Assembly (NCBI GenBank): GCA_964390805.1
Contig: CAYMKL010000014.1
Span: 706 to 64,705, forward strand
Reading direction: 5' to 3'
From: an uncultured Anaerolineae bacterium
Lineage (GTDB): Bacteria; Chloroflexota; Anaerolineae; VGOG01
Length of the DNA: 64,000 bases
The notes under the pieces: model-generated
The model's input: only the letters and a program-made list of their open reading frames with translations
Databases searched by the model: none
Told to the model about the DNA's origin: nothing
Position numbers and translations under genes: made by a program
Shown: positions 61,961-64,000 of the stretch, piece after piece
How positions within the stretch are numbered: position 1 is the first letter of the stretch
Layout: every line of letters begins with the position of its first letter

Positions 61961-63990
61961 ACGGCCGCCGTTCATAGATGACCACGTTCCCCTGCTGGAA
62001 CGCCACATCCATGAAGCGCTCGAACTTGGCCAGGGCGGCCGGGCTATACTTGCCTCGCTCCAGGGAGCCCACGTAGACATAGGTTATATCATACTTTTCC
62101 AATAGCGTCAAGACGTGCTGGGTATCCAGGCTGTTGTAGATAGCATTTATGTCAGGCTCGCGGCGGCCCGGCTCCTCATAGCTTCCTCGCCACTGTAACT
62201 CGTGGCCGCCCCAACCCAGCAGCGTGGGCAGCCCCGTGCGGCTGGATACGCGCGCGTACTCGGTGAAGGAGCCGCCCGTGACCTCCAAAATGACCGACGT
62301 GTCCAGCACGTGTTGGTTGAGCCACTCGACGGCGGCGTACTCGTCGGGGGAATATTGGCGCACGTAGGCCAGGCCGTCCAAGGTTGGTTGGTGGGCAAAG
62401 CCGCCGGCCTTGTCGAATCCCGCAGCCAGCGGGTAGACCATGCCCATGGCGAAAAGCACCGCGAAGCCCGCCAGGAACAATAGCCGCCCCAATCCCCCCG
62501 CCCTTTCGATGATGTAGTACACGCCATAGGCACTGGCCAGGGCCAGCAGCACCCAGGCCTGATAGTAGAACTTGAACACGGTGTTCATGCGAGTGCCGAA
62601 GGTATCCCGCAAGTACACGAACTCTACGCCGAGGGTAAGCACCAGGCCAGTGAAAATTATGAGCATCACGAACAGCGTGCTCGGCTCGGCAATTCTCCCC
62701 GCGTCCAAAGCTGCTCTAAGGGGATTGTGTGCAACCGCGGTTGCCTCCCGCTTTTGGCCTGGATCCGGCGCTTGTCTTGAACTCTGTCGAAGGGATCCAG
62801 GCTGAGCAGAATTCGATCCGCTGATTCGCAATCCTCCCCACAGCAAAGCAACAATCCAGGCGATCAGCAGGGCCAGGAAGAGCCAGGTGCAGGGGTTGCC
62901 AAGCCGGACGGTGATGAACATCTTGAACAACGAGGGCAAATCGGCCCCGCCGATCTGCTGGCGGATCCTCTCGTTCTCCAGAATGCTTCGCAGAAAGGCC
63001 TGCCCCGGGGCGGTGAGCATGAGCAGAGTGATTGAGCCCAGGACGGCCAGAGGTGGCAGAAGAATGGTCCAAAACAGAGCGTTCAAGCCGCTACTCACCA
63101 GCCTCTTGCTCTCAACCTCAGCCCTCAACCGTCTCGTCACCAGCGCTCCGAAAGCGATGATCACAAACAAGAACGGCCCGAAGAAGATCAGGTACTGGTG
63201 CAACCTGGTGGGATTGAAAACGTGGGGTAGGATACCCCCGGCCTGTGACTGGAAGCCAACGTAGAAGGGCAGATAGAGAACACCCCCCAGAAGTCCCAAG
63301 CCAACGACCGTGTAAGCCACGTCTCTCACCAAAGCCCAGTTTACTTTGCCATAATGTCCGTAGCGGTGCAACCCGTAGGCCATCGCCACCACGAACAGGT
63401 AGATGGGAAAGTCCCAGGTGTTGAGGAAGCCGAGGCTGCCCAGGCAGAGGGCGTAGATGATTGGATGTTGGAGGGTGGAGGTTGGAAGTTGGAAGTTGGA
63501 GATTAGAGATTGGATATTGGAGATTGGAAGTTTGTTTTTTGATTTTTGATTTTTGATTTTGGATTTTGGGACCTCTTGCCTAAGTACATTCAGCGCCAGA
63601 GCTAGTGCCAGCAGCACAAAAGGCAATGCCAGAACGTGGGGGTGCATGTCGCCTAGCATGAAGCTGAAGAAGGGGAACTCGTCAATGACCTCCATGGTGT
63701 TGCCCAGCAGGTCCTTGTCGTGGATGACGCGGGAGGCGCGCCACCACCACCATCCGCCGCCAAGATCAAACCACCGCCCGGTGACCCGCCCATTGCTCAC
63801 CAGCTCTTTTATGTCAAGCCAATTCCAGAAACCGGCTGAGCCGAGCCCCTTGGCGTGGAGCACCTCCAAGATCCCCTCCAGATTGCCGAGGACGGCGACG
63901 AATACAGGGCCGAGCAGGGGAACGAGGTAACGAATCAACGAGTCACCGAGTCTCCCCTGCTCCCCTGCCCCCTTGCTCCCCTGCTCCTGT
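61959..63990 (-). CDS. DUF2298 / TIGR03662 (Chlor_Arch_YYY)-like large polytopic membrane protein; 5' end probably beyond window edge
   Basis: Frame remains open to position 63990 (TTG at 63938 is the only candidate start inside window); many TM helices; the TIGR03662/TIGR03663 pair is a known co-occurring set in Chloroflexi/archaea. Confidence 0.65.
62770..62793. repeat. PEPVEG/LRQAQD element copy in-frame
   Basis: cttgtcttgaactctgtcgaaggg. Confidence 0.5.
63461..63570. repeat. long compound heptamer array (TTGGAAG/TTGGAGA/TTTTTGA) in-frame in DUF2298-like gene
   Basis: ttggatgttggagggtggaggttggaagttggaagttggagattagagattggatattggagattggaagtttgttttttgatttttgatttttgattttggattttggg encodes (minus) KSKIKNQKSKNKLPISNIQSLISNFQLPTSTLQHP. 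Confidence 0.7.
63949..63982. repeat. octamer tandem array (CCCCTGCT) at window edge
   Basis: ctcccctgctcccctgcccccttgctcccctgctcc. Confidence 0.5.
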
Positions 63991-64000
63991 AAGCGAAGCG

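Noticed and set aside
22189-63570. Heptamer/hexamer repeat arrays as possible CRISPR arrays
   Set aside because: Units are 7 nt tandem with no 25-40 nt unique spacers, and no cas genes are in the window. They are microsatellite-like STRs, not CRISPR.

Overview
This is a 64-kb high-GC (about 60%) bacterial chromosomal window. Its gene families and repeat content suggest a Chloroflexota-type genome (inference only).

Gene layout:
- (1) 20-13016, + strand: a sigma70-like promoter followed by four tandem, overlapping genes. Each encodes a large polytopic membrane protein with a GT-C-fold (PMT/ArnT-like) glycosyltransferase-like N-terminal domain fused to PA14 and NHL-repeat domains.
- (2) 13023-18367, +: one apparent transcription unit, sucC - pxpA - (Phd/YefM-like antitoxin + RelE/ParE-like toxin) - pxpB - pxpC - sucD - terminator. 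The succinyl-CoA synthetase genes are split by a 5-oxoprolinase operon that carries an embedded toxin-antitoxin pair.
- (3) 18418-30638, +: korDABC (2-oxoacid:ferredoxin oxidoreductase), then an Hdr/Mvh-like flavin/FeS cluster. The cluster comprises an HdrA-like/GltD-like fusion, MvhD, an HdrC-HdrB fusion, an inserted nucleotide-sugar dehydrogenase, and an HdrA-MvhD fusion. The last gene has an in-frame UGA exactly at a conserved Cys position, so it is a predicted selenoprotein.
- (4) 30758-55286, - strand: two paralogous giant ORFs (3645 and about 4255 aa). Each has N-terminal membrane anchors, thrombospondin-type-3-like Ca-binding repeats, an internal block of about 8 TM helices, and huge Kelch/FG-GAP/Ig-like ectodomains. 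A small NHLP-like/TM/ubiquitin-like protein precedes them with translational coupling, and a membrane-bound OmpR-family regulator with a pseudo-receiver domain lies upstream.
- (5) 57733-63990, -: a NUDIX hydrolase, two small membrane proteins, a TIGR03663-like GT-C protein, and a DUF2298/TIGR03662-like protein that runs off the window.

Three small repeat families pervade the window:
- heptanucleotide tandem arrays that form inverted-array hairpins at most gene junctions and supply in-frame codons to gene ends;
- a CCCCCCC...GGGGGGG palindromic element inserted in-frame in CDSs;
- a PEPVEG/LRQAQD-encoding element (CCTGAGCCTGTCGAAGGG).

No rRNA, tRNA or CRISPR was recognised.
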